Shown here piece by piece: positions 1-11,090 of a DNA stretch of 64,000 nt. Both the position numbers and the translations under genes were made by a program. How positions within the stretch are numbered: position 1 is the stretch's first letter; every line of letters begins with the position of its first letter. The stretch is taken from contig CAVSLV010000002.1 in NCBI GenBank assembly GCA_963728915.1, positions 256,001 to 320,000 on the forward strand, in the 5' to 3' direction. Under the pieces are notes generated by a model. The model saw only the letters and a list, made by a program, of their open reading frames with translations, did no database searches and had not been told where the DNA came from. This DNA comes from an uncultured Gemmatimonadales bacterium. Its GTDB lineage: Bacteria > Gemmatimonadota > Gemmatimonadetes > Gemmatimonadales > GWC2-71-9.

Positions 1-906
1 TTACTTCGCCCGGAATTTTCGCCAGTATATCGATCGGGTCCTGCCCGAGGAGGCCGGTGCGGGCGACTACGCCGCGAAGCTGCTGGACGGCACCGAGTTC
101 GTGAGGGTCACTCGCCGCGACGAACAGCTCGCCGGGGAAGGCGGGGTCGAGCGGCGAGTCGTGATCCTGGACGCCCCGCACACGCTGGCGGGGGATCGCA
201 CCTATGTGATGGAAGTCTACGCCCGTGCCCCTCTCACCAGCGGAGCCGAGACCAACTATCGCGCGGTCTACGGCGAGAAGGAGCTCACCCTGGGAGAGAG
301 CAACCGCGTCTTCCGATGGGCCCACGCCAACGGCCGGCTGACCATCGGGTCGCATTCGGTGCTGCGGGGCCGGGTCTCTTCGGAGACCGGCATGACGATG
401 GGAGCCGACGTCGTGTTCGAGCGGGCCGGCGCACCGGTCATCGGCTACGGGGAGCCCAGGGAGCCTTCGGTCCCTTCCCGCGAGACGCTGGTGGCCTGGA
501 ATCCACCGGTGGCTGCCCAGAAGGTCGGCGACCACCTCCGGATCGAAGGCGATCTCGATATTCCCCGAACGACACCCTCGTCCCGGTCAGCCTGGTGGTC
601 ACCGGGCGGCTGCGGGTCGGGGTCGGCGCGCTGGTGGAGGGAAGTGTCAAGGCGCACTGCGATCTCGAGGTTTCGGAACGGGCCCGGGTCACCGGGTCGG
701 CCATAACCCGCTCCCGCCTGGCCCTGGGCGATGGGGCGTCGGTCGGCGGGCCCGCCCTGGCCGAGCGCTCGATCCGCCTTGGCCAGAACGCGGTGGTCGG
801 CGGCCCCGCCCAGCCGGCCAGCGTGGCGGGAGTCGAGATCGAGCTGTCCCGGGGCGCCACCGTCTACGGTCAGATCAGCGCCCTTCGCGGCGCGCGCACG
901 CTCTGA
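1..906 (+). CDS. 5'-truncated beta-helix / polymer-forming cytoskeletal (bactofilin-like) repeat protein, frameshifted near 565
   Basis: Frame 2 is open from the window start (YFARNFRQYIDRV...) to ...GDLDIP. It continues in the frame of ORF 316..906 (PNDTLVPVSLVVTGRLRVGVGALVEGSVKA...), with repeated V/G-rich beta-solenoid units. Confidence 0.55.
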   Translation, partial: LLRPEFSPVYRSGPARGGRCGRLRREAAGRHRVREGHSPRRTARRGRRGRAASRDPGRPAHAGGGSHLCDGSLRPCPSHQRSRDQLSRGLRREGAHPGREQPRLPMGPRQRPADHRVAFGAAGPGLFGDRHDDGSRRRVRAGRRTGHRLRGAQGAFGPFPRDAGGLESTGGCPEGRRPPPDRRRSRYSPNDTLVPVSLVVTGRLRVGVGALVEGSVKAHCDLEVSERARVTGSAITRSRLALGDGASVGGPALAERSIRLGQNAVVGGPAQPASVAGVEIELSRGATVYGQISALRGARTL

Positions 907-945
907 GCCGTCTCTAGATTCTCCCTCGTGACAACTCGGCGGTCG

Positions 946-1620
946 ATGGACGCGCTCCATCGCGCGGTGGTTTCCTGTGCCCGGTGTCCCCGGCTCCGGG
1001 CCTATTGCCGGGGCGTGGCCCGCGCAAAGAAGCGGGCATTCCGGAACTGGACCTACTGGGGAAAGCCGGTGCCCGGGTTCGGCGATCCCCGGGCTCGTCT
1101 CTGGGTGGTGGGGCTCGCGCCCGCCGCGCACGGGGGGAATCGTACCGGCCGGGTCTTTACGGGGGATTCGAGCGGGGACTGGCTGTTCGAGGCGCTCCAC
1201 CGGTTCGGCTTCGCCAATCAGCCGGATTCGACCTCCCGGGACGACGGCCTGAACCTCCGGGATTGCTACATCAGCGCGGCGGCCCGGTGCGCCCCGCCCG
1301 GCAACCGTCCCCTCCCGGCCGAGCTGGCCAACTGCCGGTCGTACCTGGCGGCGGAGCGCGAGCTGTTATCGCGGGTTAGGGTCGTGGTGACCCTGGGCGG
1401 GATTGCCCACCGGAGCTGGCTCCAGGCCGCCGGTTGGTGGGACCGGCTCGCCCCGCGCGAGCGTCCCGCCTTCGGTCACGGATCGGTCCACCTGCTGCCC
1501 GACGGGCTCCGGTTGATCAGCTCCTATCACCCCAGCCGGCAGAACACCAACACCGGCCGGCTGACCCGGACGATGTGGCATTCGGTGTTTCGGCGGGCCA
1601 GGAAACTCGTGCAACAGTGA
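946..1620 (+). CDS. Uracil-DNA glycosylase family 5 (UdgB-like, 4Fe-4S)
   Basis: CxxCPRL, motif A GLAPAAHGGNRTGR.FTGD, RCAPP.N.P and motif B YHPSRQNTNTGRLT. Confidence 0.93.
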   Translation: MDALHRAVVSCARCPRLRAYCRGVARAKKRAFRNWTYWGKPVPGFGDPRARLWVVGLAPAAHGGNRTGRVFTGDSSGDWLFEALHRFGFANQPDSTSRDDGLNLRDCYISAAARCAPPGNRPLPAELANCRSYLAAERELLSRVRVVVTLGGIAHRSWLQAAGWWDRLAPRERPAFGHGSVHLLPDGLRLISSYHPSRQNTNTGRLTRTMWHSVFRRARKLVQQ

Positions 1621-1722
1621 GGTCGGTGGGTCGGTGAGGTCGGTGGGTCGGTGAGGTCAGTGGGGTCGGAATGTCAGTCCGCCCCGACCTCTCCGACCTC
1701 CCTGACCTCTCCGACCCACCGC
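1617..1722. repeat. Inverted array of 8-9 bp units (GGTCGGTG(A) then CCGACCTC(T)) between convergent genes, able to form a hairpin
   Basis: gtgaggtcggtgggtcggtgaggtcggtgggtcggtgaggtcagtggggtcgg...ccccgacctctccgacctccctgacctctccgacccacc, read directly from the sequence. Confidence 0.8.
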
Positions 1723-1724
1723 CG

Positions 1725-2928
1725 TCACCTCACGGGCCAGGGCGGACCCTGATTCCGCTTCACCCGCTTGAGCCCCTTGTAGACGAACTTCTGGAGCCGC
1801 TTGCCCTCGTAAGTTTCCGTGGTGTAGAGGTTCCCCTTCGAGTCGGTCGCAATCGAGTGCACCCCGAAGAACTGCCCCGGCTGGCGGCCGCCGTCGCCGA
1901 ACATGGGTGAGGATCTCGAGCGACTGGCGGTCCATCACGTAGATCCGCTCGTTCTTCCCGTCGGCGAGGAACAGGTATTTCTGGTCCTTGTCGCGAGAGA
2001 AGGCGATGTCCCAGACCGACCCGTCCCCCGGGTCCGCGGCGCAATCCGTTGTTCCTTGACAAACGTGCCGTCCTTGCGGAAGACCTGGATCCGGTCGTTG
2101 GGCCGGTCGCAGACATACACCAGCCCGTCGTTGGTCGGCTGGGCACAGTGGACCGGGTTCCGGAACTGCTGGGCCAGCGGGGCATCGGGGTTGTAGGGGC
2201 CCAGGTTGGTGTCGTCGGGCTTGTGGCCGTAGGCGCCCCAGTAGCGCTTGATCTTCCCGGTATCCATGTCGAGCACCGCGACCCGTTTGTTCCCGTAGCC
2301 GTCGGCGACGAACGCCTCATTCGCCGCGGGATCGAACGCGATCTTGGCCACCCGGCCGAAATGCTCCAGGCTGTTGCTGTTCGCCGCCTCGTTGGCCTTG
2401 CCGATCTGCATCAGGAACTTGCCGTCGTGGGTGAACTTGAGAATGTGGGAGTCCTTCAGGGCGGAGCTGGCGGTCCCGCCATTGCCCGCCGATCCACACG
2501 TTGTCCTTGTCGTCGAGGGAGATGCCATGATTGGAGACCGGCCAATCGTAGCCCTCGCCCGCCCGCCCCATCCCTTGATCAGGTTCCCCTCGGGATCGAA
2601 CTCGAGGATCGGGGGCGCGGCGGCGCAGCATTCGGCGATCGGCGGATTGCTCTTCGTACCGGCCTCGGTGCGCTGGTTGAGGGTCGAATCGCCCCGGTGG
2701 ATGATGAACACGTGATCCCGGGAATCCACCCCCACTCCGATGGTCGAGCCGAGGATCCAGTGATTGGGGAGCGGCCTGGGCCAAAGCGGATCGACTTCGA
2801 AGACCGGAGCCAGGATCGTGTCGCCCTGGTTGGCTTCGAGCACCGCCTGTCCCAGCGCCAGACCGGCCGACGGCCATGAGCGCCAGCGAGCATTCCAGAC
2901 GTCCAGCCCCTCCCTTTGCGCTTCCCAT
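1725..2928 (-). CDS. NHL-repeat beta-propeller protein (PAL-like), several frameshifts
   Basis: Pieces in different frames: FEVDPLWPRPLPNHWILG, AFVADGYGNKRVAVLD, FRNPVHCA..DGLVYVCDRPNDRIQVF, C-terminus LYTTETYEGKRLQKFVYKG. GGGAGG RBS lies upstream of ATG 2928. Confidence 0.85.
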
Positions 2929-2955
2929 GCCCAACCTCCCTGATATGTTGACGGG

Positions 2956-3770
2956 CTATTGTCCCCAGACCTCGCGGAACAAATTGAGCATCGCATCCCA
3001 CGATTTGGCCGCCGCCTCCGCGTTGTAGCCGAGCTGCGGCATGCCCACGGAATCCGCCCGTGGATTGGTGAAGCTGTGCTTGGCCCCGGGATAGACCACG
3101 ATCTGGGTCTGCGGCATGCGCGCCGGCGGCGGTCATTTCCTGGCGGAACGTCTCCACCGCTGAGGCAGGCACGAAAGGATCGTCGCCCCCGGTGAGCAGC
3201 AGGACTCGTCCCTTGACCACGCCGGAATCCACCTTGCCGGGAACCAGCGCGCCATGGAAGCTCACCACCGCGTCGAGATCGGCCCCCGCCGGCCTCGCCG
3301 AGCACCACCGCCCCACCGAAACAGTATCCGATGGCGCCGATTTTTTCGGGAGTCCACCTGCGGCTGCTTGACCAGCTCATCCCGCGCCGCAGTAAACCGG
3401 GCCGCGAGCTCCTGCATGTTGGCCATCGCCTCATTCATGAAGGCCTGGGCCGAATCGGGATGGGCGGTCATCTTCCCGTTGCCGTACATGTCGAGGGCAA
3501 ATCCGACATAGCCTGCTTCGGCGAGCCGCCGCGCCACGTTCCGAACGTAGTCGTTCAGTCCCCACCACTCATGGACCACCAGTACTCCCGGGCGCTTCCC
3601 CTCCTTCGACGCATCCCACGCAAGGAATCCCTTGAGGGTTGTTCCATTCGACTGGTAAGTGACTTCGCGGGTCTGAATGTCGGGAGTGGCCGGGGCTTCG
3701 CGGCCTTGTTACAGGCAACCAGCGCCGCAACCAGTACGGCAATCGAACGACGAGCGACGCCAGACCACAT
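2956..3770 (-). CDS. Dienelactone hydrolase family protein (lipoprotein-like signal), frameshifted
   Basis: VHEWWGLNDY, IGAIGYCFGG nucleophile elbow, VSFHG and C-terminal SWDAMLNLFREVWGQ*, spread over several frames. N-terminal LVAC lipobox-like motif. Confidence 0.88.
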
Positions 3771-3842
3771 GGCAGGATCTCCCAGAGAAATAGAGGGCCG
3801 ATTCCAGGAGCGGACCCGGGAATGGGAGAGTATACTCATCCC

Positions 3843-5214
3843 ATGCATCTCGCGTTATCCCGGACGGGTTGGCACCCTGGCGCTGGGGCGGCGCTCGGGG
3901 GATTCGGCGCTCGGGAAGCACGGGCCCACGACATACCGGCCCGGGTCACCGTGTTCACCTTTTTCAGGCCCGAGGGAAGCCTGCTCCGGGTCCTCGTCCG
4001 GGTTCCCCTCGAGGCGATGCGCGACATCGAATTCCCGCTTCGCTGGCCCGGCTACCTCGACCTGGCGCAAAGTCGGACCCAGCTGCTCGATGCGGCGCGG
4101 CTCTGGGTGGCCGGATCACTGGTGGTGACGGAAAACGGTGCCCGGCTGGGCGAGCCCACCATCGCGGCGGTGCAGGTTTCACTGCCTTCGGACCGGTCCT
4201 TCGACCAGTGGGACGATGCGCTCGCCCATGTCCGCGGGCCGCCATTGCCAGCGGAGACCGAGCTGGTCTGGCAGCAAGCCCTGCTGGACGTCCTCCTCGA
4301 GTATCCGATCGCTTCGGCCCAGGCCGATTTTGCGATCCAGCCGGGCTTCAACCGGCTCGGACAGAAGACCAGGACCGTGGTCCGGTTCCTTCCACCCGGA
4401 GGCTCGGAGCGAGCCTTCGAGCTGTCCGGAGACGATCAGAGCGAAACGGTCCGGCTGGATCCCCACTGGTACCAGGCTGCCGCGCGTTTCGTCCGGCTCG
4501 GCATCGGGCACATCCTGGGTGGGATCGACCACCTGCTCTTTGTCTTCTGCCTGGTGATTCCCGTTTCGGCGAATCCGCCCGCTGCTGCTGGTCGTGACCG
4601 CATTCACCGTCGCCCATTCGGTCACCCTGATCGCCTCGACGCTGGGGCTCGCCCCGACCGGGCTCTGGTTTCCTCCCCTGATCGAGACCCTGATCGCCAT
4701 TTCCATTCTCTACATGGCGTTCGAGAACATGCTCGGCGCGAATCCGGGACGCCGCTGGATCCTGGCCTTCGGATTCGGCCTGGTGCATGGATTCGGGTTC
4801 TCGTTCTTCCTGCGGAATTCCCTCCAGTTCGCCGGGGCGCATCTCGCTACCGCGCTGGTGTCCTTCAATCTGGGCGTCGAGCTGGGTCAGATCTTCGTGC
4901 TGGCCCTGACGGTGCCGGTGCTGAACTGGCTGTTCCGGCGGATTCCCGAACGGGCCGGCATGATCTGCTCTCCGCGCTGGTGGCCCACACCGCGTGGCAC
5001 TGGATGCTCGAGCGCCTCGCGATCCTCCGGGAGTTCCAGTTCCGCTTCCCCTCGCTCGATCCCGCCTTGCTGGGCGGCGCGCTGCCGGCGGCGGTGCTCC
5101 TCTGGTGGCCGTTGCGGCGCGGGGTGGGTGGTGCGCCAGCTCGCCCGCCGCTGGGGAGGGAACCCCAAGGCCGAGGCCCTGGAATCGGCCCGCCCTCGAC
5201 AAACGGCCTCCTGA
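3843..5214 (+). CDS. HupE/UreJ-like membrane protein with N-terminal periplasmic domain, frameshifted
   Basis: AHDIP after the signal peptide, LGIGHILGGIDHLLFV, TAFTVAHSVTL, FGFGLVHGFGF and FNLGVELGQ. Confidence 0.88.
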
Positions 5215-5226
5215 TGTTGCGCCGCG

Positions 5227-5640
5227 ATGCTCGCCGGGTGCATAATCGCGCTACCGATAAAGGGGGCGGCGCAGAGCGCCCCGCCGGCGGGGGGCGGACC
5301 ACCCGGGGCGGGGTCTACACCGCGGCGCAGGCCGACCAGGGGGAACGAGATCTATTCCCTGAGCTGCTCGAGCTGCCATTCGGCCGCGACCCACGCGAGT
5401 CCGGCGTTCGCCGCGAAATGGTCCGGGCATCCCCTCGCCGAGTTGTTCCGGTTACATGAATGAGGAAATGCCGAAGGAGAACCCCGGAAGCCTGAGTCCA
5501 AAGGAGTACACGCTGGTGTTGGCGTACATGCTGAAGATGAACGGGATGCCGGCAGGCCAGGTCGAGCTGCCCAGCAATCCCGCCGAGCTGGAGAAGATCA
5601 GGATCGAACTCAAGCCTCGCCCGCGATTCCTCGCCGAGGT
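5227..5640 (+). CDS. Small c-type cytochrome, frameshifted, end approximate
   Basis: GVYTAAQADQG / YSLSCSSCH (CxxCH) / MPKENPGSLS..EY..VLAYMLKMNGMPAG across three frames. Confidence 0.8.
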
Positions 5641-5645
5641 AACCC

Positions 5646-7824
5646 ATGCGCACCCATCTTTCCCGGAGCCGCTGGTTGTTCGCCCTTCTCGCTGTGCCCG
5701 CGGTGCTACAGGCCCAGATGCCGCCTGCCGCCCGGGGGAATGTCCCCGGAGAATGGCGAGCCTGGGGGGCCGATCTCTGGAGCAGCCGCTACTCGCCGCT
5801 CGATCAGATCAACGCCGGGAACTTCAACACCCTGAAGGTCGCCTGGAAGTGGAACGCGGGCGCGTTCGGAGTCCGATGAGTACTACCGGAGCACCCCGCT
5901 CTACGCCAACGGCCGGCTCTTCACCGTGGCGACCACTCGCCGCGAACCCATCGCGATCGACCCCGCCACCGGGGAAACCCTCTGGATGTGGCGGATGGAC
6001 GAGGGGATCCGCTGGCAGAAGGCCGCCCGCCAGTATTCCGGACGGGGGCTGGCCTACTGGACCGATGGAGCCCAGGAGCGGGTGGTCGTGATCACTCCCG
6101 GCTATCACCTGGTGTCGCTGGACGCGAAGACCGGGATCCCCGATCCGAAGTTCGGCCAGGGCGGCGTGGTGGACCTGATGGCCGGGTTAGGGTTCGAGCT
6201 GGTGCCCCTGGCGGTGGACGACTCGGGGCCCCTCATCATCAGCGACGCGGCTCCCCCCCGGAAAGCGCGCCCCGGCGAGAAGTGGGACCCGGTCACCAGG
6301 ACCGGCGCCGACGGCACCATCGGGATCGACCCCGCCATGGGACAGATCGCCAACAGCTCGCCCGCCATCATCGTGAATGACGTGATCGTGGTGGGAAACT
6401 CGAGCGTCCACGGGTACTACCCGATCAAGGCCCATAACCTTCCCGGCTACATCCGCGGCTTCGACATCCATACCGGCCGCCAGCTCTGGAAGTTCAACCT
6501 GATCCCCGAGCCGGGAGAGTTCGGCGCGGAGACCTGGGAACACGGGACCAAGCCCGGCACCGAAGGGGTCGGGAAGAACGACGCCTGGGCCACCTATGCC
6601 GCGGACCCCGAGCTGGGACTGGTGTACATCCCGGTCGGGATGGGGCTGGTCGACGAGTACGGCGGGCACCGGCCCGGCGCGAACCTGTTCGCGAACTCCG
6701 TGGTGGCGATCGACGTGAAGACCGGCAAACGGAAATGGCATTACCAGTTCGTGCATCACGACATCTGGGACTACGACACCCCGATGTCGCCCAACCTCTT
6801 CGATGCGGTGATCGACGGAAAGCCACGTAAAGTCCTGGCCCAGACCACCAAGCAGGGCTGGGTCTACACCCTGGACCGGGTCACCGGCGAGCCGATCTGG
6901 CCGATCGTCGAGACCAGGGTGCTCCAGAGCGAAGTTCCCGACGAGAAGACCTGGCCCACCCAGCCGATCCCCAGCAAACCGGCCCCGTTCAGCCAGCAGG
7001 GATTGGTGGAGTCCGACCTGATCGCCTACACCCCGGCCATCCGTGACTCCGCCCTCGCGCTCGCGCGGAAGTGCCGCATGGGTCCGTACTTCATCCCCGC
7101 TTCGCTCGCCGATGGCACCGGCAAGAGCGGATTCCGGTGTTCGTGGTACGCCCCCGGCGCCAGCGGGGGAGTGAACATCGACGGCGGTGCCGCGGTGGAC
7201 CTGGAAACCGGCATGATGTACGTCGGCTCGCAGAGCGGCCTCACCACCATCCAGGTGCAGAAGGACCCCTGCTCCGAACTGCGCTACACCTCGATCCACG
7301 ATAGCTGCGGGCTTCTCGGAGCGCTGCCGGCTCCGCCGGGCTACCAGCCTCCGACCGGGCCGATCGGCGGGTTCGAGGGGAGGTCGCGCGGCTCCCGGAT
7401 CGGGAATGTCTCCATCCTGAAGCCCAAGGAATACGGCGGCGTCACCGCGTACGACATGACGACCGGGAACAAGAGCTGGTGGATCCCCAACGGCGGCTTC
7501 ATGAAAATCACCAGCAACGATCCCCTCTTTGCCGGGGTCGAGCTGCCGCCGCAGTCGCCGGGAGGCCAGGCCCAGATCATCACCACCAGGACCCTCGTCA
7601 TCTACGGCACCGGCCGCCTCGGCGGGGTGCCCGGCGCCACGCCGATGCTCTATGCGGTGGACAAGAAGACCGGCAAGCAGGTCGGCGCGGTGGAGATTCC
7701 CTCCCGCACCACGGCGGTGCCGATGACCTTCATGCATCAGGGGAAGCAATACATCGTCTTCGCGATCGGCGCCGAGACGAATACCGCGCTGGTCGCGCTC
7801 CGGCTCCCGGACGGGACGCCGTAG
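5646..7824 (+). CDS. PQQ-binding beta-propeller dehydrogenase (quinoprotein glucose dehydrogenase-like), frameshift near 5875
   Basis: Signal peptide, RYSPLDQINAGNF..LKVAWKW, GYIRGFDIHTG..LWKF, WHYQFVHHDIWDYD and AVPMTFMHQGKQYIV. Confidence 0.92.
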
Positions 7825-7859
7825 CAGTGCCAGTGGAACCTCGTTCGGGAGCCCGCGTC

Positions 7860-8744
7860 ATGCATCGAGTGTTCGCCCGTGCTTCGCTGGTCGCCGGCAT
7901 CGTTCTGGGATCGGCCGGATCCCTCGCCGCCCAGGGCGGAGGAGGAGGCAGCTCTCCACAGGCCCAGGCGCGCCGGGAGGCCGCCCGGCTGGACAGCGAA
8001 GGCAAAACCAGCGAGGCCCGCGCGATCATCCAGAAACAGATCGACGAGGCGCCGACTCCCGCGGCCAAAGCCGCCGCCCAGCGCTTCATGGCGATGTCGT
8101 ACGCGTTCGATGGGGACTGCGCCAACACCATCAAGTACGAAGATCTGGTGATCGCCTACTGGAAGACCCGCGAGGCGGACGAGCCGCAGAATGCGTTCTA
8201 CCAGGAAGGCGAGATGGCGAACGAAGGCGCCCGGGTCTGCGTCGATGCGGGGGATCTCGCGGCCGGAGAGAAATACTACCGGCTGGGAAGTGATCTGGGC
8301 AATCGGGAGCCGGCGCCCCGGACCCATCCCAGCAGTTTATGGGATTACCGGCTCGCCCATGCGCTGGGCCGCATCGCGGCGCGGCGCGGCAATGCGGACG
8401 AGGCGAAGCGACAGATCGCCGCCGCCCGCCACGCGCTGGACAGCGACCCGGCCATGGCGGAGGCCCAGAACCGGTTCTTCCCCTACCTGGTCGGATATGT
8501 GGCGCTGTACACCAACGACCTGAAGACCGCCGAAGCCGAGCTGACCCGCGCGATCGCGCTGGACGGCAACGAGAACGACCCGTTCATGCACTACCTCCTG
8601 GCCGCGACCCTCGAGAAGGAAGGCAACTCGGCGAGGGCCCGGGAGCTCTACCAGAAAGCCTACGACCTGGCGACGGGCCATAACCCGCCGGCGGCTTTCG
8701 TCCGCCCCGCGGTGCGCAAGAAGCTGGCAAGCCTGGGGTCATGA
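7860..8744 (+). CDS. Exported tetratricopeptide-repeat protein
   Basis: Signal peptide MHRVFARASLVAGIVLGSAGSLAA followed by Ala-rich helical repeats (YLLAATLEKEGNSARARELYQKA). Confidence 0.7.
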   Translation: MHRVFARASLVAGIVLGSAGSLAAQGGGGGSSPQAQARREAARLDSEGKTSEARAIIQKQIDEAPTPAAKAAAQRFMAMSYAFDGDCANTIKYEDLVIAYWKTREADEPQNAFYQEGEMANEGARVCVDAGDLAAGEKYYRLGSDLGNREPAPRTHPSSLWDYRLAHALGRIAARRGNADEAKRQIAAARHALDSDPAMAEAQNRFFPYLVGYVALYTNDLKTAEAELTRAIALDGNENDPFMHYLLAATLEKEGNSARARELYQKAYDLATGHNPPAAFVRPAVRKKLASLGS

Positions 8745-8782
8745 TCATGAATGCGATCGCTCGCAGGATCTCTGGAGGCCGC

Positions 8783-9970
8783 ATGCGTTCCACCATCATT
8801 GCTCTGATCGTCCTGCCCTCGCTGGCGAGAGCCCAGACTCCGCAACCTCCCGCGCAGCTCGCGCCGGATTCCATCAAGGCGCTGGTGGGCCGGCTCGACC
8901 TCGAGCGCTACAAGGCCACCGTCAAGGGACTGACCCAGTTCGGGGATCGACGCCAGGGCACCGACCGGAACCGGGCAGCGGTCGACTGGATCGAGGCCCA
9001 GCTCAAGAGCTACGGCTGCCCCACCGATCGGATCCACTACGAATACATGGGCCGCCAGATCCGTCAGCCGGGCGATACCACCCGGCCGCGCTCGACCGCT
9101 CCCCGCCCGCCTTCGAACTTCCCCCAGAAGGGGTACCGGGCTCCGACCGGGGTGAACATGGACCCGATGCGCCAGCCCGACACCGCGCTCCGCCGGATCG
9201 ATGCGCCGCCCGATACTCCCGGCCCGCGCGAGGAGGTCTACTGCACCAAGGTCGGCACCACCCATCCCGAGGAGATGTACATCATTGGCGCCCACATGGA
9301 CGGGCACGGGTTCGGGGCGGCGGCGAACGATGACGGCTCGGGGACCGCGCTGGTCATGGAGCTGGCCAGGATTTTCAGCATGCCGGACGTCGAGACCGAT
9401 CGCACCATCCGGTTCGCCTTGTGGAACAACGAGGAGACCGGCCTCAACGGGGCGCGCGCCTACGTCGAGCAGCGCAAGGATCTCCAGGGAAAGGAAAGCC
9501 CGACGGGATCGGGGAAATACCCGGAGCCCAAGTGGCTGGGCATGATTCAGCACGACATGATGATGTGGGACCACGGGATGCCCGGGCCGGATGGCAAGGT
9601 GGGTCCGGAGCAGCGGCGGGAAGCCGATGTGAACATCGAATTCGCCGGGAGCTCGAAGCTCGCGGAGGAGGCGCAGAAGCTCGCGTGGTTCTTCCGGCGC
9701 ACCAACGATCAGTACGCGACCGACTATCCCGCGGCGGTGGGAGACCGGATGAGCAACACCGATTCCCAGCCGTTCCAGGATCTGGTGGCCGCGATTTCCC
9801 TGCGGGAAAATGAGCGATTGGCCCAGATCGGCAGCGGCTGGGACCCGAACTGGCATCAGCCGACCGACGTGTATACGACCTACTCGGACAAGGATTTCCG
9901 GCTCGGATTGAACGCGGCCCAGACCACCCTCGCCGCGATCGCTCAGCTTGCGGGGGTTCGGATCAAGTAA
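8783..9970 (+). CDS. Exported M28 family metallopeptidase
   Basis: IIGAHMD, AANDDGSGTA, NNEETGLNG, HDMM and WHQPTD zinc-ligand motifs, plus a signal peptide. Alternative start at 8741. Confidence 0.9.
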   Translation: MRSTIIALIVLPSLARAQTPQPPAQLAPDSIKALVGRLDLERYKATVKGLTQFGDRRQGTDRNRAAVDWIEAQLKSYGCPTDRIHYEYMGRQIRQPGDTTRPRSTAPRPPSNFPQKGYRAPTGVNMDPMRQPDTALRRIDAPPDTPGPREEVYCTKVGTTHPEEMYIIGAHMDGHGFGAAANDDGSGTALVMELARIFSMPDVETDRTIRFALWNNEETGLNGARAYVEQRKDLQGKESPTGSGKYPEPKWLGMIQHDMMMWDHGMPGPDGKVGPEQRREADVNIEFAGSSKLAEEAQKLAWFFRRTNDQYATDYPAAVGDRMSNTDSQPFQDLVAAISLRENERLAQIGSGWDPNWHQPTDVYTTYSDKDFRLGLNAAQTTLAAIAQLAGVRIK

Positions 9971-9975
9971 CAGCC

Positions 9976-10004
9976 TTGACAGTTCGGCGCGATAGCTGCA
10001 CTAT
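9976..10004 (+). promoter_or_regulatory. Putative sigma70 promoter for the 10183 gene
   Basis: TTGACA-N17-CACTAT. Confidence 0.4.
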
Positions 10005-10182
10005 GGGGGGCCATTAGAAGCAGATCCATCTGGGGCAGAGGCACGTAAGTCAAAGTGCCCCTTGGTCTTAGTGCGCTCGGTTCCGCCGACGGAGGCTCGG
10101 CGTGCAGGCGTTGCATACTGCCTTCGGCCCGTAGACAACGGCCTTCATTGACAAGGCCTGATTAACGAAAGGTGCTGCTCCT

Positions 10183-11004
10183 ATGAAGCGCGTAGCGGGA
10201 TACACCATGTTGCTCGCTCTGGTGGCCTCTGCCTGTTCCGAATCGCCAACGACGCCCAATCAGAAAGAGAACCCGCTGATCGAGCGGACCTCCACGCCGG
10301 AGGCCAAGGCCTCCTACGCGACTTCACTCGGGCTCACCCTCAATTCAGCCAATTCAGCGACGACCTCCGACAAGGCCAACCTGGTTGCCCTGCCTCCGTT
10401 CTGGCAGACCAGCTTCGGAACCGACCTGCACATGTCGGATGATCAGTCGACCTTCGTCGCGTTCAACTTCCCCTTCACGTTCTACGGGAACACCTACACC
10501 GGCGCCTGGGTCGGTTCGAACGGATACATCACGTTCCAGGGCTCAGAGACCGACTGCTGCTCCATCGTTTTTCCGAGCCCCAGCCGGCGCCCCATGATCG
10601 CCGCGATCTATGGAGACTGGCTGCCGCCGTCAGGTGGAGCGGTACTCTTCAACGTGATCGGCCAGGCGCCGCGCCGTCGCCTGGTCGTCACCTGGGCGGG
10701 CGTGCCGGAGTACGCCGCGCACGCTGGCTACAACACCTTCCAGCTCCAAATCCTCGAGTCGCTCAACGTCATTCTCCTGAGCTACAACGGACTATCCACT
10801 CCAGGGTTCAACTGGACCGGAAACCCCATGCGGGTCGGAATTTCCAACGGGCAGTTCTTCCAGTTCGGGGGATATCCGCCCCTGGTCCAGCTTGCGGTCG
10901 GAAGTCAGATTCCGGCGCTCAACGGCCATACCCTCTGCCTCATCAATCTGGGTGGGACCTACCGCAGCTGGTCCGACCTGGTCTGCTCGATCTTCGTGCT
11001 CTAG
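10183..11004 (+). CDS. Lipoprotein with nidogen (NIDO)-like extracellular domain
   Basis: Lipobox ASAC, FNFPFTFYGNTY..AWVGSNGYITF, IAAIYGDW and LVVTW..VPEY...NTFQL. Confidence 0.65.
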   Translation: MKRVAGYTMLLALVASACSESPTTPNQKENPLIERTSTPEAKASYATSLGLTLNSANSATTSDKANLVALPPFWQTSFGTDLHMSDDQSTFVAFNFPFTFYGNTYTGAWVGSNGYITFQGSETDCCSIVFPSPSRRPMIAAIYGDWLPPSGGAVLFNVIGQAPRRRLVVTWAGVPEYAAHAGYNTFQLQILESLNVILLSYNGLSTPGFNWTGNPMRVGISNGQFFQFGGYPPLVQLAVGSQIPALNGHTLCLINLGGTYRSWSDLVCSIFVL

Positions 11005-11027
11005 ACATCCGATCCACCAGAATCACG

Positions 11028-11058
11028 AAGGGCCGGCATTCGCCGGCCCTTTTGCTTT
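11028..11058 (+). terminator. Intrinsic terminator between convergent genes
   Basis: Perfect 10-bp stem AAGGGCCGGC-ATTC-GCCGGCCCTT followed by TTGCTTT. Confidence 0.85.
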
Positions 11059-11090
11059 CTCAACCTCCCCGCCCCGCGTGCCGGGACGGC

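Noticed and set aside
1617..1722. Possible CRISPR array
   Set aside because: The units are 8-9 bp with no unique spacers, and there are no cas genes.
565..5900. Programmed frameshifting in the early genes
   Set aside because: There are several shifts per gene across unrelated families and no slippery heptamer with downstream structure, so sequencing error is the simpler explanation.
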